Shown: positions 18,974 to 26,778 of the stretch, piece after piece
How positions within the stretch are numbered: the first letter of the stretch is position 1
Layout of the letters: each line of letters opens with the position of its first letter
DNA from: Patescibacteria group bacterium
GTDB lineage: Bacteria; Patescibacteriota; Patescibacteriia; GWA2-46-9
Direction: 5' to 3'
Assembly: GCA_041660005.1 (NCBI GenBank)
Contig: JBAZXG010000001.1
Coordinates: forward strand, 71,689-135,688
DNA length: 64,000 nucleotides
The notes under the pieces: generated by a model
Seen by the model: the letters and a program-made list of their open reading frames with translations, nothing else
What the model was told of the DNA's origin: nothing
Databases searched by the model: none
Program-made: the position numbers and the translations under genes

Positions 18974-20394
18974 ACTTCTGGACCGAAAACTGGAAACGGA
19001 TGGCCGGCGGCCTGCTCTTGCTCGCCGTTCTCACTCACTACGTGATGGGCGTCGGCTACTTTGCCTCGCTCATCACCGCAACCTGCATGGCGGGTGCAGT
19101 CTATGCCCGCTCGTGGCTCATCGCTTCCACCTGGAAGCGAACGGGTAACGCCGTCCTCGCTGCGCTCGTCGTGTTCGTCGCTTGGAGGGTAGCCACCAAC
19201 TACCTGCCAGAAACGATGAACACGCTACGCAAAAACGTCTCGGTGACGGACTCCGTCAGCAAGCAGCTGACGAAGGGCGATACTACCGGCGTGTCGATCT
19301 CGGCTGGACGCCGAGAGTTCTGGCAGGAGAGGGCTGAACTAAAGCTCAGGGCAGACATGGACCTCGCGTTCTGGCGCTGGAATCGGTACAACACCGATGA
19401 CGCGGGGAGGCAAAAAGAAGAGGCAGAGGCAATTGCGAGCTACCGCACCCGGATCGACGAGCTAGAGAGGCAGTTCTCAATGACTCCTCCGACGATGTCG
19501 AAGGTCGTCGAAGGAGTTCGCACAGGAGCTTCTGTCGCCGTCGGCTTCGACTGGCGAGGATGGTTGATGAGCTTCACTACCGGTGAAGTCATGTCATACT
19601 GCATCTTCGTCATTCTGGTCCTCGCTGCTCTGCGGCTCGCGTTCGGCCTCTGGACCAGCCCGGGTTCCATCCTGGGCCGGCTCGGCTACTGGCAGCAAGT
19701 GGCTGTTGCGATCCTGATCGTCGCCGTCGCCAGTGGAACGGCGGTCTGGGGCTACAGTGGCCGGTTCTTGAGCGACGCGGTACAGGCCGGAGCTCACAAG
19801 GTCCTAGACGGCGTTGTCGAACTCAAAGGGAAGGCCATACTGGTCAACCCCGAGGGAACGAACGTCGTGCTGGACGGGTCGGAGGAGATGCCAATCCAGG
19901 TTGCCATCTACCACGGACTCCTTCAGCCGGTCAGACTCGAACACCCTGAGACGAGAGTCTACGCCTGCCGACTCGACGACTACGGCGAGGAAGACGGGTG
20001 CGGCTGGGGTCTGCGACGCCTTTTGGAAGGCTCAACCACGACCACAACGATGCCGCCCACAGCGGCACCGCAACCAACTGCTACTGCGGGTGCAACGCCC
20101 GCTACGGCCCCCGTCTATGTAGACGGGAAGGCAACCTACACAGAGTGGGATGGCGTCCTCAGTGCCGGGGAAGAGGTGTGCACGTACGGGCCAACGAACA
20201 CACCGCAAAACAAGCCCCTGCGCATCTTGGACGCGTGGGGAAAGAGCCTGCTCGGTCTGGACGAGCAGGGCGAGGAGAAACTGCAAGTTCCAGGTAGCGG
20301 TCACACCCTTGGCGACTACAGCGGCGTAATCTGCCGCCAAGCCGTCGAAGACGGCACAGCGCTGCGTATCCGGCCCGGATACGCAGGAACATGA
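18970..20394 (+). CDS. Hypothetical membrane protein (high-GC island 1)
   Basis: ATGA start/stop overlap with the upstream gene. TM segments, a TTTTMPPTAAPQPTATAGATPATAP linker, and a Cys-containing C-terminal domain. Confidence 0.55.
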   Translation: MNFWTENWKRMAGGLLLLAVLTHYVMGVGYFASLITATCMAGAVYARSWLIASTWKRTGNAVLAALVVFVAWRVATNYLPETMNTLRKNVSVTDSVSKQLTKGDTTGVSISAGRREFWQERAELKLRADMDLAFWRWNRYNTDDAGRQKEEAEAIASYRTRIDELERQFSMTPPTMSKVVEGVRTGASVAVGFDWRGWLMSFTTGEVMSYCIFVILVLAALRLAFGLWTSPGSILGRLGYWQQVAVAILIVAVASGTAVWGYSGRFLSDAVQAGAHKVLDGVVELKGKAILVNPEGTNVVLDGSEEMPIQVAIYHGLLQPVRLEHPETRVYACRLDDYGEEDGCGWGLRRLLEGSTTTTTMPPTAAPQPTATAGATPATAPVYVDGKATYTEWDGVLSAGEEVCTYGPTNTPQNKPLRILDAWGKSLLGLDEQGEEKLQVPGSGHTLGDYSGVICRQAVEDGTALRIRPGYAGT

Positions 20395-20531
20395 AACCCA
20401 AGACGGGACTCGCCCAACAAAGGAGGCGGGCGGGTCCCAAGAACCGAAGAGCGAGAGCAGGACCATGCCCACCACGCATGTCTCCCTGCCTCGCTCTTTT
20501 TCGTTACCTAAAAAACAGCTATGCTTCCCAC

Positions 20532-21284
20532 ATGGAAACAGAAACACTACGTGTCGGCATTCTCTTTAACGGTTTTGTGACTGCTATTGTGAGCGCAACT
20601 GCTTTTGCGCTTCTTCTTTTTTTGGTGCAACGATGGAAGACCCTAACCCCTGGCATGCGCTCCTACGCCTGGTTTTGGGGCTTTACCAGTCTCGTCTGGC
20701 TCGCAGTTACCATTCGCTACATCATGGTTGTTGCCGGCATTAACACGCCGAGCATCCATCGAGTGAATGAATTCATTGTAGAAACTGCCGTGTTTGGTTC
20801 TGGCATTGCTCTCTATATTTACCTTGGACGACAACTTTTCAAAAAACGTCTCGTCACTATTATTCTTGGAGTTACATCAACGACGTTAGCTTGTTTGGCA
20901 CTTTGGCAACTCTTGCAGCCGAATGCTTTTCACCCCGCTGAAATAACTTTTTTCACGGCAGATCCAAAACCGAACTTTTTTTTTCTCGTAATCTTTGGCA
21001 TTTTGGCAACGCTCGGGCTACTCATGCTTTTCTACCACTCGATCAAACGTTTTCGCATATGGCGACGAGGCAATCGAGAGACTGTACCCTACGAAGCACT
21101 TTACTCCGCCAGTCTCATTGTTTACGTTATGCTCGGCATGATTGACCAGGCAAAACTTATTATTGACTGGCCGCTCATTGTCTTTCGCATCTTGTACACA
21201 GCCGTGTTTCTGGCAGCGTACCTCATTATGGCCGCAGAAGAAGCTCGTCGCAAAGACGCCTTTATCATCAGTTCAGAAAATTAA
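20532..21284 (+). CDS. Hypothetical polytopic (about 7-TM) membrane protein
   Basis: Host-like GC. The tracked ORF 20391..21284 crosses the island boundary; the start at METETLRVG is more plausible. Confidence 0.5.
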   Translation: METETLRVGILFNGFVTAIVSATAFALLLFLVQRWKTLTPGMRSYAWFWGFTSLVWLAVTIRYIMVVAGINTPSIHRVNEFIVETAVFGSGIALYIYLGRQLFKKRLVTIILGVTSTTLACLALWQLLQPNAFHPAEITFFTADPKPNFFFLVIFGILATLGLLMLFYHSIKRFRIWRRGNRETVPYEALYSASLIVYVMLGMIDQAKLIIDWPLIVFRILYTAVFLAAYLIMAAEEARRKDAFIISSEN

Positions 21285-21297
21285 AATTTTATGCAAA

Positions 21298-21330
21298 CAC
21301 AAAATGCCCGCCAGTGGCGGGCATTTTGCA
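21298..21330 (+). terminator. Rho-independent terminator
   Basis: AAAATGCCCGCCAGTGGCGGGCATTTTGCAG. Confidence 0.75.
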
Positions 21331-21380
21331 GTCAAGCGTTTCAAATATGCGTGTCTACCTTTTTAGGAAAATTTTCATTG

Positions 21381-21662
21381 CTAAACTAAATGTTTAGTAA
21401 TGAATGCCCTACCTGACCCCGACTTGAAATACTTCTCAAGAATGAACGCTGTCTTTTTGTCTCTAACACCGATATAAAAAGAAAGCTCCACCGGTAAACG
21501 ACCTTTAGTTGCAGGGACGAAACCTTTTCGATGTCTAGCTATCCTTTCTTTAAGATCTGCGGTGCAACCAACATAATACCCATCCTTACATTTGAGTGAA
21601 TAGATATAGTACATACATGCCCGCTTACTCTCCAAACAATAAATGATAACTGGCTTTGCCAA
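21381..21662 (-). CDS. GIY-YIG nuclease-domain protein
   Basis: IYCLESKRACMYYIYSLKCKDGYYVGCTADLKERIARH matches the GIY-YIG motif layout. Confidence 0.65.
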   Translation of the reverse strand: MAKPVIIYCLESKRACMYYIYSLKCKDGYYVGCTADLKERIARHRKGFVPATKGRLPVELSFYIGVRDKKTAFILEKYFKSGSGRAFITKHLV

Positions 21663-21930
21663 GCCGAAGCTTGAAGAACGAGGATGGCTTTGCCAAGCCG
21701 AAGCTTGAAGAACGAGGATGGCTTTGCCAAGCCGTAGCTATGGCGAAGGATTGTGGGCTGCATCAAACAAACATCTCAGTCCGACTACGCTAAGGCTTCG
21801 TCGTGACAGCCTTCGCTAAACCTAAGTAACTGGCTTTGCCAAGCCGAAGCTTGAAGAACGAGGATGGCTTTGCCAAGCCGTAGCTTGAAGAACGAGGATG
21901 GCTTTGCCAAGCCGTAGCTATGGCGAAGGC
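21641..21930. repeat. Tandem 33-34-bp repeats (TGGCTTTGCCAAGCCGAAGCTTGAAGAACGAGGA) in two blocks of three, abutting the tRNA-Asp 3' end
   Basis: Six copies read directly: 21641, 21675 and 21709 (variant), an 80-bp spacer, then 21821, 21855 and 21889 (variant). The variant unit ...GCCGTAGCTATGGCGAAGG precedes both the spacer and the tRNA. Confidence 0.8.
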
Positions 21931-21931
21931 T

Positions 21932-22009
21932 GGCGGACCCGACCGGATTCGAACCGGCGATCTTCTCCGTGACAGGGAGACGTGTTAACCGGGCTACACC
22001 ACGGGTCCG
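21932..22009 (-). tRNA. tRNA-Asp (anticodon GTC)
   Basis: Minus strand reads CGGACCCGUGGUGUAGCCCGGUUAACACGUCUCCCUGUCACGGAGAAGAUCGCCGGUUCGAAUCCGGUCGGGUCCGCCA. It has a 7-bp acceptor stem, an anticodon loop CUGUCAC, and a T-loop UUCGAAU. Confidence 0.9.
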
Positions 22010-22030
22010 TAAAACGCAGCAACACTATCC

Positions 22031-22387
22031 TTATTTCTTCTTCGGAAGAACTTCCTTCATCACTGCAGCAAACACTTTTGGATGTTCGGCTGCTAAGGTT
22101 GAAAGCACTTTGCGATCGAGCTCAATATTCGCTTTTTTCAAAGCGGCGATGAAGCGCGAGTAGGAAATGCCGTACGGGCGAACTGCCGCGTTCAACCTGG
22201 TCTGCCACAGGGCGCGGAATACCCCTTTCTTCTTTTTGCGATCTCGGAAAGCATGCTGCCCCGCCTTGTTAATGGCGGTCTTAGCCAGCTTAATGCGACG
22301 TTTACGGCTCCACTTGTAGCCCTTAACAGCTTTAAGAATGTTCTTGCGATGCTTGACGTGGCTTACTCCTCGTTTAACTCTTGGCAT
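22031..22387 (-). CDS. rplT: 50S ribosomal protein L20
   Basis: [31 protein letters not shown] matches the L20 N-terminus. Confidence 0.9.
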   Translation of the reverse strand: MPRVKRGVSHVKHRKNILKAVKGYKWSRKRRIKLAKTAINKAGQHAFRDRKKKKGVFRALWQTRLNAAVRPYGISYSRFIAALKKANIELDRKVLSTLAAEHPKVFAAVMKEVLPKKK

Positions 22388-22402
22388 AGTAGTAACTAAA
22401 TA

Positions 22403-22624
22403 TTAGGAATACGGCAGCAGCTGCCGAACATTCTTTTGGATAGTCTTGGAAACGGTGTTGGTGCGACGCTTCTTCTGCGTCATGCTGCTTTCGTCTCGAG
22501 AATTAAAATGAGACTGACCGGCATGCTTGCGTAAAAGCTTGTCGGTTTTTCCCCAGCGACCTTCGGTCTTAGTGCTGCTGAAGCGAACGCGTTTGGCTAA
22601 ACTTTTTCTGGTTTTGAGTTTCAT
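22403..22624 (-). CDS. rpmI: 50S ribosomal protein L35
   Basis: MKLKTRKSLAKRVRFSSTKTEGRWGKTDKLLRKHAG is L35-like. Sits between infC and rplT. Confidence 0.8.
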   Translation of the reverse strand: MKLKTRKSLAKRVRFSSTKTEGRWGKTDKLLRKHAGQSHFNSRDESSMTQKKRRTNTVSKTIQKNVRQLLPYS

Positions 22625-22632
22625 AGTATACG

Positions 22633-23181
22633 TTATGCTTTATCTTCCTCAGCCTTCTTTGGTTTCGCTACCTTGCCGGTAGTATAACAAATAAGCGAGA
22701 GACGACCGCCTTGCTTTTGTAATGGTTGCTCAATGGCTATAGTGTAGTGCTTCCGAAGCTCGCGAAGGAATTGCTCAATCACTTCGGCGGCTAAATCTTT
22801 ATGCTGGTGCTCTCGCCCCCGAAGCTGCAACTCAACTTTGAGCTTGTGCCCATCATCAAGAAACTTACTGGCTTGAGAAATCCGGAGATCGCGGTCGTGC
22901 GTACCGATGCGCGTTGAAAGTCGCACCCCCTTGGTTTCCTGTTTCTTCTGCCGCGCCTTTGCCTTTTGCAATTCTTTATCACGCTGATACTTAAATTGAC
23001 TGAAGTCAATGATTTTTGCAACCGGTGGCTTCGCCAGCGGTGAAACTTCTACGAGATCAAGCCCTGCTTGCTCTGCACGTTCAAAAGCTTCTGCTGTTGT
23101 AACTACGCCGATGTTCTCGTCATTTTCTCCAATCAACCGAACTTCAGGTACATTAATCTGCCGATTGACTCGGTAGACCAG
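22633..23181 (-). CDS. infC: Translation initiation factor IF-3
   Basis: EVRLIGENDENIGVV...LDLVEVSP matches the IF3 N and C domains. The true start is probably a non-ATG codon around 23157-23181 (ATT or CTG). The tracked N-terminal extension to 23310 runs into the tandem repeats. Confidence 0.8.
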   Translation of the reverse strand: MVYRVNRQINVPEVRLIGENDENIGVVTTAEAFERAEQAGLDLVEVSPLAKPPVAKIIDFSQFKYQRDKELQKAKARQKKQETKGVRLSTRIGTHDRDLRISQASKFLDDGHKLKVELQLRGREHQHKDLAAEVIEQFLRELRKHYTIAIEQPLQKQGGRLSLICYTTGKVAKPKKAEEDKA

Positions 23182-23261
23182 AGCAGCTGATTTTACTTCA
23201 CGCGGTCGATAGGTTCTACGCAAGGGAAAGAAATAAAATAAATAAATTCGTCTGTGCCAAC

Positions 23262-23345
23262 CGTCGCTTATAGAACGAAAGTGGCTTGCCAGCCGTAGCT
23301 CACAGAACAAGGATGGCTTGCCAGCCGTAGCTCGAAGAGCGAAGG
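23262..23345. repeat. Two further tandem ~33-bp repeats of the same family (TGGCTTGCCAGCCGTAGCTC...), abutting the tmRNA 3' end
   Basis: Same family as the 21641-21930 repeats, with the GCGAAGGCTGG junction variant again next to the RNA gene. Confidence 0.7.
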
Positions 23346-23390
23346 CTGGTGCTGTGCACCGCGTAGCCCCGAGTATAACGAGGGGCGAAG

Positions 23391-23776
23391 TGGTGGAGAT
23401 GAGGGGAATCGAACCCCTGTGTGAAAAGTGGAACCCGAGAAAGACTACAGGTATAGTCGCCGTTCAATTCTATGCTCGTCGAAGTCCGACGACGACGCGA
23501 CGAGTTGATTTCCGGTAATACTCAGTGGCAGTGTCGGAAAGCCACCACCTTGAGCGCCGAATAATATGGCACCCCGGACGCTCTCATTCGGCGAGAGAGC
23601 AGGGATGGTTCTCGGTTTTATTAGGCGAGAACGGGTACAAAGCTCAGCGACGCAAAAGCGTTCTGAACCTTGCGAGCCAATGAAGTGGCATGTATCTGTT
23701 TGAGAGAGATTTAGGAGCTATCTCACGCTCCACCTGCTTTTTCGGAAGGAACTTTCCGTCGAATCCAAAGCATCCC
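23391..23776 (-). ncRNA. ssrA: tmRNA (SsrA)
   Basis: 5' GGGGAUGCUUUGGAUUCGACGG and 3' GGGGUUCGAUUCCCCUCAUCUCCACCA tRNA-like ends. Internal candidate tag reading frame ...GCG UCG CUG AGC UUU GUA CCC GUU CUC GCC UAA UAA. smpB is immediately adjacent. Confidence 0.85.
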
Positions 23777-23783
23777 CAGATGC

Positions 23784-24215
23784 TTAACGCACGCGGCGCA
23801 TCATGCGCTCACGTACACTTCGGTCGAGATCGCGTTTCTTTATTACTTCGCGTTTATCAACCGCAGATTTACCCCGAGCAAGCCCAAGAGTGAGTTTGAC
23901 GAGGTGGTTGCGAGTATACACGGATAAAGGCACCAGTGTCAAGCCTTTTGTTTCTAAAAGACCCAAAAGTTTGCCTATTTCACCACGATGCAAAAGCAGT
24001 CGCCGTGTGCGCCGCGGATTGTAGTCCGGCAACGGCCCAGCCTTCATGTACGGCGGAATATAAGCATTGATAAGCTCGGCCAGAACCTGACGATGACCAC
24101 CCGACGATGCGCCAGAACGTACCCGAACATAAGCACCTTTCAAGTCCCCTTGTCCGGCCTTCAATGATTTTACCTCAGGACCGGTAAGTTCAATACCGGC
24201 CTCCCATGTTTCCAA
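23784..24215 (-). CDS. smpB: SsrA-binding protein
   Basis: GIELTGPEVKSLK...LLLHRGEIGKLLG... is typical of SmpB. Adjacent to ssrA. Confidence 0.88.
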   Translation of the reverse strand: METWEAGIELTGPEVKSLKAGQGDLKGAYVRVRSGASSGGHRQVLAELINAYIPPYMKAGPLPDYNPRRTRRLLLHRGEIGKLLGLLETKGLTLVPLSVYTRNHLVKLTLGLARGKSAVDKREVIKKRDLDRSVRERMMRRVR

Positions 24216-24339
24216 AATGGTAAAACGATAACGCGCCTGACGGTTATCTATTCTTTTTTGCTGTGCAACAGGCAGATAATCTTTTTGAGGTTTATAATCA
24301 TTTCCAGTATACTAAGCCCACGTATAAACTGCTAACACT

Positions 24340-25386
24340 ATGGCTAGTCCAAACACCACCAGCCAAACTATAACCATTTCAACCGCCACCATCTTTAAGG
24401 TCGGGGCAGCCATACTTATCGTATGGCTTGTCTACGTAACGGCGGACATTCTTCTTCTCGTTTTGGCTTCTGTTTTTTTAGCGGCAGCCGTGCGACCGTG
24501 GGTTGATGCGTTGCAAAAATATCACCTCCCGCGATCAGTAAGCATGCTTGGTATTTATGCTATCCTCTTTGCGGTTCTGAGCTCCGCGATTGTACTCATT
24601 GTGCCACCAGTGATAGAAGAAGCAAAAACACTCACCGAAGCTTTTCCTGATCTCTACGGACGGTTTATTGTCTGGCTCGGCAATGTTGCGCCAGGAGTAA
24701 ACACCTTTGCGCCCGAACAGGCGTTTCCGCAAATTTCTAGCGCACTCACGTCTGCAACGCAAGGCGTACTCACCACGCTCGTTACTATTTTTGGCGGCAT
24801 TTTTTCTTTTTTCATGGTGCTCGTCATGACGCTTTATCTGGTTGTCGACGAAAAAGCAATCGATCGCACGGTAGCGATTTTTCCAAGCGCCTACCAGCAG
24901 TACCTTGCCAGTTTATACTTACGCTTGCAGGATAAAATTGGCCGATGGCTCCGCGCACAGCTCATCATTATGGCGCTCGTTGGTTTATTGGTCTATGCGG
25001 TCTTGACCATCTTCCAAATGCACTATGCACTACTGCTGGCACTCTTTGCCGGCATCGCAGAATTTATTCCCTACCTGGGCCCGATTATCGGAGCAGTACC
25101 GGCCGTTCTTTTGGCCTCAGCGATTTCACCAACCCTTGCTATTGTCATTGCTATCGCCTACTACGGCATTCAACTCTTTGAAAACAACGTGCTCACGCCA
25201 AAAATAATGGAACGAGCGGTCGGTCTCTCCCCTATCCTCTCCATCACTGTTTTCTTTGTCGGCGCAAAAATCGGCGGCATCACCGGAGCGTTCCTAGCAA
25301 TCCCTGTCGCAACAGCCGTAAGCGTTGTCATGAAAGAAGTGCTCAACAAAGAAACACGCAAATCTATGCGCTCCACGACTGTCTAA
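24340..25386 (+). CDS. AI-2E family transporter (PerM/UPF0118)
   Basis: Eight TM segments and a conserved FIPYLGPIIGAVPAVLLA motif. Confidence 0.7.
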   Translation: MASPNTTSQTITISTATIFKVGAAILIVWLVYVTADILLLVLASVFLAAAVRPWVDALQKYHLPRSVSMLGIYAILFAVLSSAIVLIVPPVIEEAKTLTEAFPDLYGRFIVWLGNVAPGVNTFAPEQAFPQISSALTSATQGVLTTLVTIFGGIFSFFMVLVMTLYLVVDEKAIDRTVAIFPSAYQQYLASLYLRLQDKIGRWLRAQLIIMALVGLLVYAVLTIFQMHYALLLALFAGIAEFIPYLGPIIGAVPAVLLASAISPTLAIVIAIAYYGIQLFENNVLTPKIMERAVGLSPILSITVFFVGAKIGGITGAFLAIPVATAVSVVMKEVLNKETRKSMRSTTV

Positions 25387-25396
25387 TATTCACTTT

Positions 25397-26776
25397 ATGA
25401 CTAACAGCATTGAAGAACTTATTAGTTTAACAAAACAGCGCGGTTTTATATTTCCGGGTTCAGAACTCTACGGCGGACTAGCAAACGCCTGGGACTACGG
25501 CCCGCTCGGTGTTGAACTTAAAAATAACATCAAACAGGAATGGTGGCGGCGATTTGTGCAAAGTCGCCAAGATATCGTTGGCATTGATGCGGCGATTCTC
25601 ATGAACCCAAAGGTATGGGAAGCGAGCGGGCACCTGGCACACTTCACCGATCCGCTTGTTGAAGACAAGCTCACGCACGAACGCTACCGCCTTGACCACT
25701 TACTCGAAGAAAACGGCATTGACGTAACCGGCATGAGTTTTCAAGAAATGCGTGCTGCTGCCGAAAGCCGTAAACTTAAAAGTCCCAAAGGAAACGAACT
25801 AGCCGAAGCAAAGATATTTAACCTCATGCTAAAAACGTTTTTGGGACCAGCAGAAGAACAGGCAAACACCGTGTATCTCCGCCCAGAGACGGCGCAAGCA
25901 ATGTTCGTCAACTTCAAGCAAGTGCTCACCACCACGCGCCGCCGCATTCCGTTTGGTATCGCGCAAATCGGCAAAGCATTCCGCAATGAAATTACGCCGG
26001 GCAACTTCATTTTCCGCACCCGCGAATTCGAGCAAATGGAAATTGAATACTTCGTTCGCGAAGAAGAATGGAATGCACACTTTGAAACGTGGCTCGCCGA
26101 CATGCAGCAATGGCTTACCGACCTCGGCATTGCAGTCAAGCACGTTCACGTTCGCGAACACGCGGCCGAAGAACGGGCGCACTATTCAAAACGCACCGCT
26201 GACCTCGAATACGATTTTCCATTCGGCAGAAAAGAACTCTATGGTCTTTCCTATCGCGGCGACTATGACCTAAAAGCGCACATGCAGGCGAGCGGCGAAG
26301 ACTTAAGCTACACCAACCCCGAAGACACGAGCGACAAATTTGTGCCGCACGTTATTGAACCAACCTGGGGCGTTGACCGCACAGTACTGGCAGTTCTTTC
26401 GTCTGCCTACACCGAAGAAGAGGCGCCAACAGCAGACGGAAAAACAGAAAAACGCGTCGTCATGAAATTTCCTTTTTGGCTTTCCCCTGTTAAAGTCGCC
26501 ATTCTTCCGCTTTCAAAGAAAGAAGCGCTGCAAACAATTGCCAAAGACGTGCTGCAAAAGCTTGGCTCCCGTTTTGTTTGCGACTATGATGAAACGCAAT
26601 CAATTGGCCGCCGCTATCGCCGGCAAGATGAAATCGGCACACCTTTTTGTGTTACGGTCGACTTTGAAAGTATCGAAGACAAATGCGTTACCGTTCGTCA
26701 CCGCGACAGTATGCAACAGGAACGCATCGCCATTAGCGAACTTACCGCTTACCTTACCAAACAACTAGCGAACTAA
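25397..26776 (+). CDS. glyQS: Glycine--tRNA ligase (alpha2 dimeric, archaeal/eukaryotic type)
   Basis: RGFIFPGSELYGGLANAWDYGPLG N-terminus and class II motifs (FRNEITP..., GxDR). Confidence 0.85.
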   Translation: MTNSIEELISLTKQRGFIFPGSELYGGLANAWDYGPLGVELKNNIKQEWWRRFVQSRQDIVGIDAAILMNPKVWEASGHLAHFTDPLVEDKLTHERYRLDHLLEENGIDVTGMSFQEMRAAAESRKLKSPKGNELAEAKIFNLMLKTFLGPAEEQANTVYLRPETAQAMFVNFKQVLTTTRRRIPFGIAQIGKAFRNEITPGNFIFRTREFEQMEIEYFVREEEWNAHFETWLADMQQWLTDLGIAVKHVHVREHAAEERAHYSKRTADLEYDFPFGRKELYGLSYRGDYDLKAHMQASGEDLSYTNPEDTSDKFVPHVIEPTWGVDRTVLAVLSSAYTEEEAPTADGKTEKRVVMKFPFWLSPVKVAILPLSKKEALQTIAKDVLQKLGSRFVCDYDETQSIGRRYRRQDEIGTPFCVTVDFESIEDKCVTVRHRDSMQQERIAISELTAYLTKQLAN

Positions 26777-26778
26777 TT

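Noticed and set aside
20391-20531. High-GC N-terminal extension of the 297-aa ORF
   Set aside because: The extension spans the island boundary with a composition switch. METETLRVG at 20532 begins the TM-rich, host-GC protein.
21641-21930. CRISPR array
   Set aside because: The repeats are contiguous with no unique spacers, the unit length varies between 33 and 34 bp in tandem, and no cas genes are nearby.
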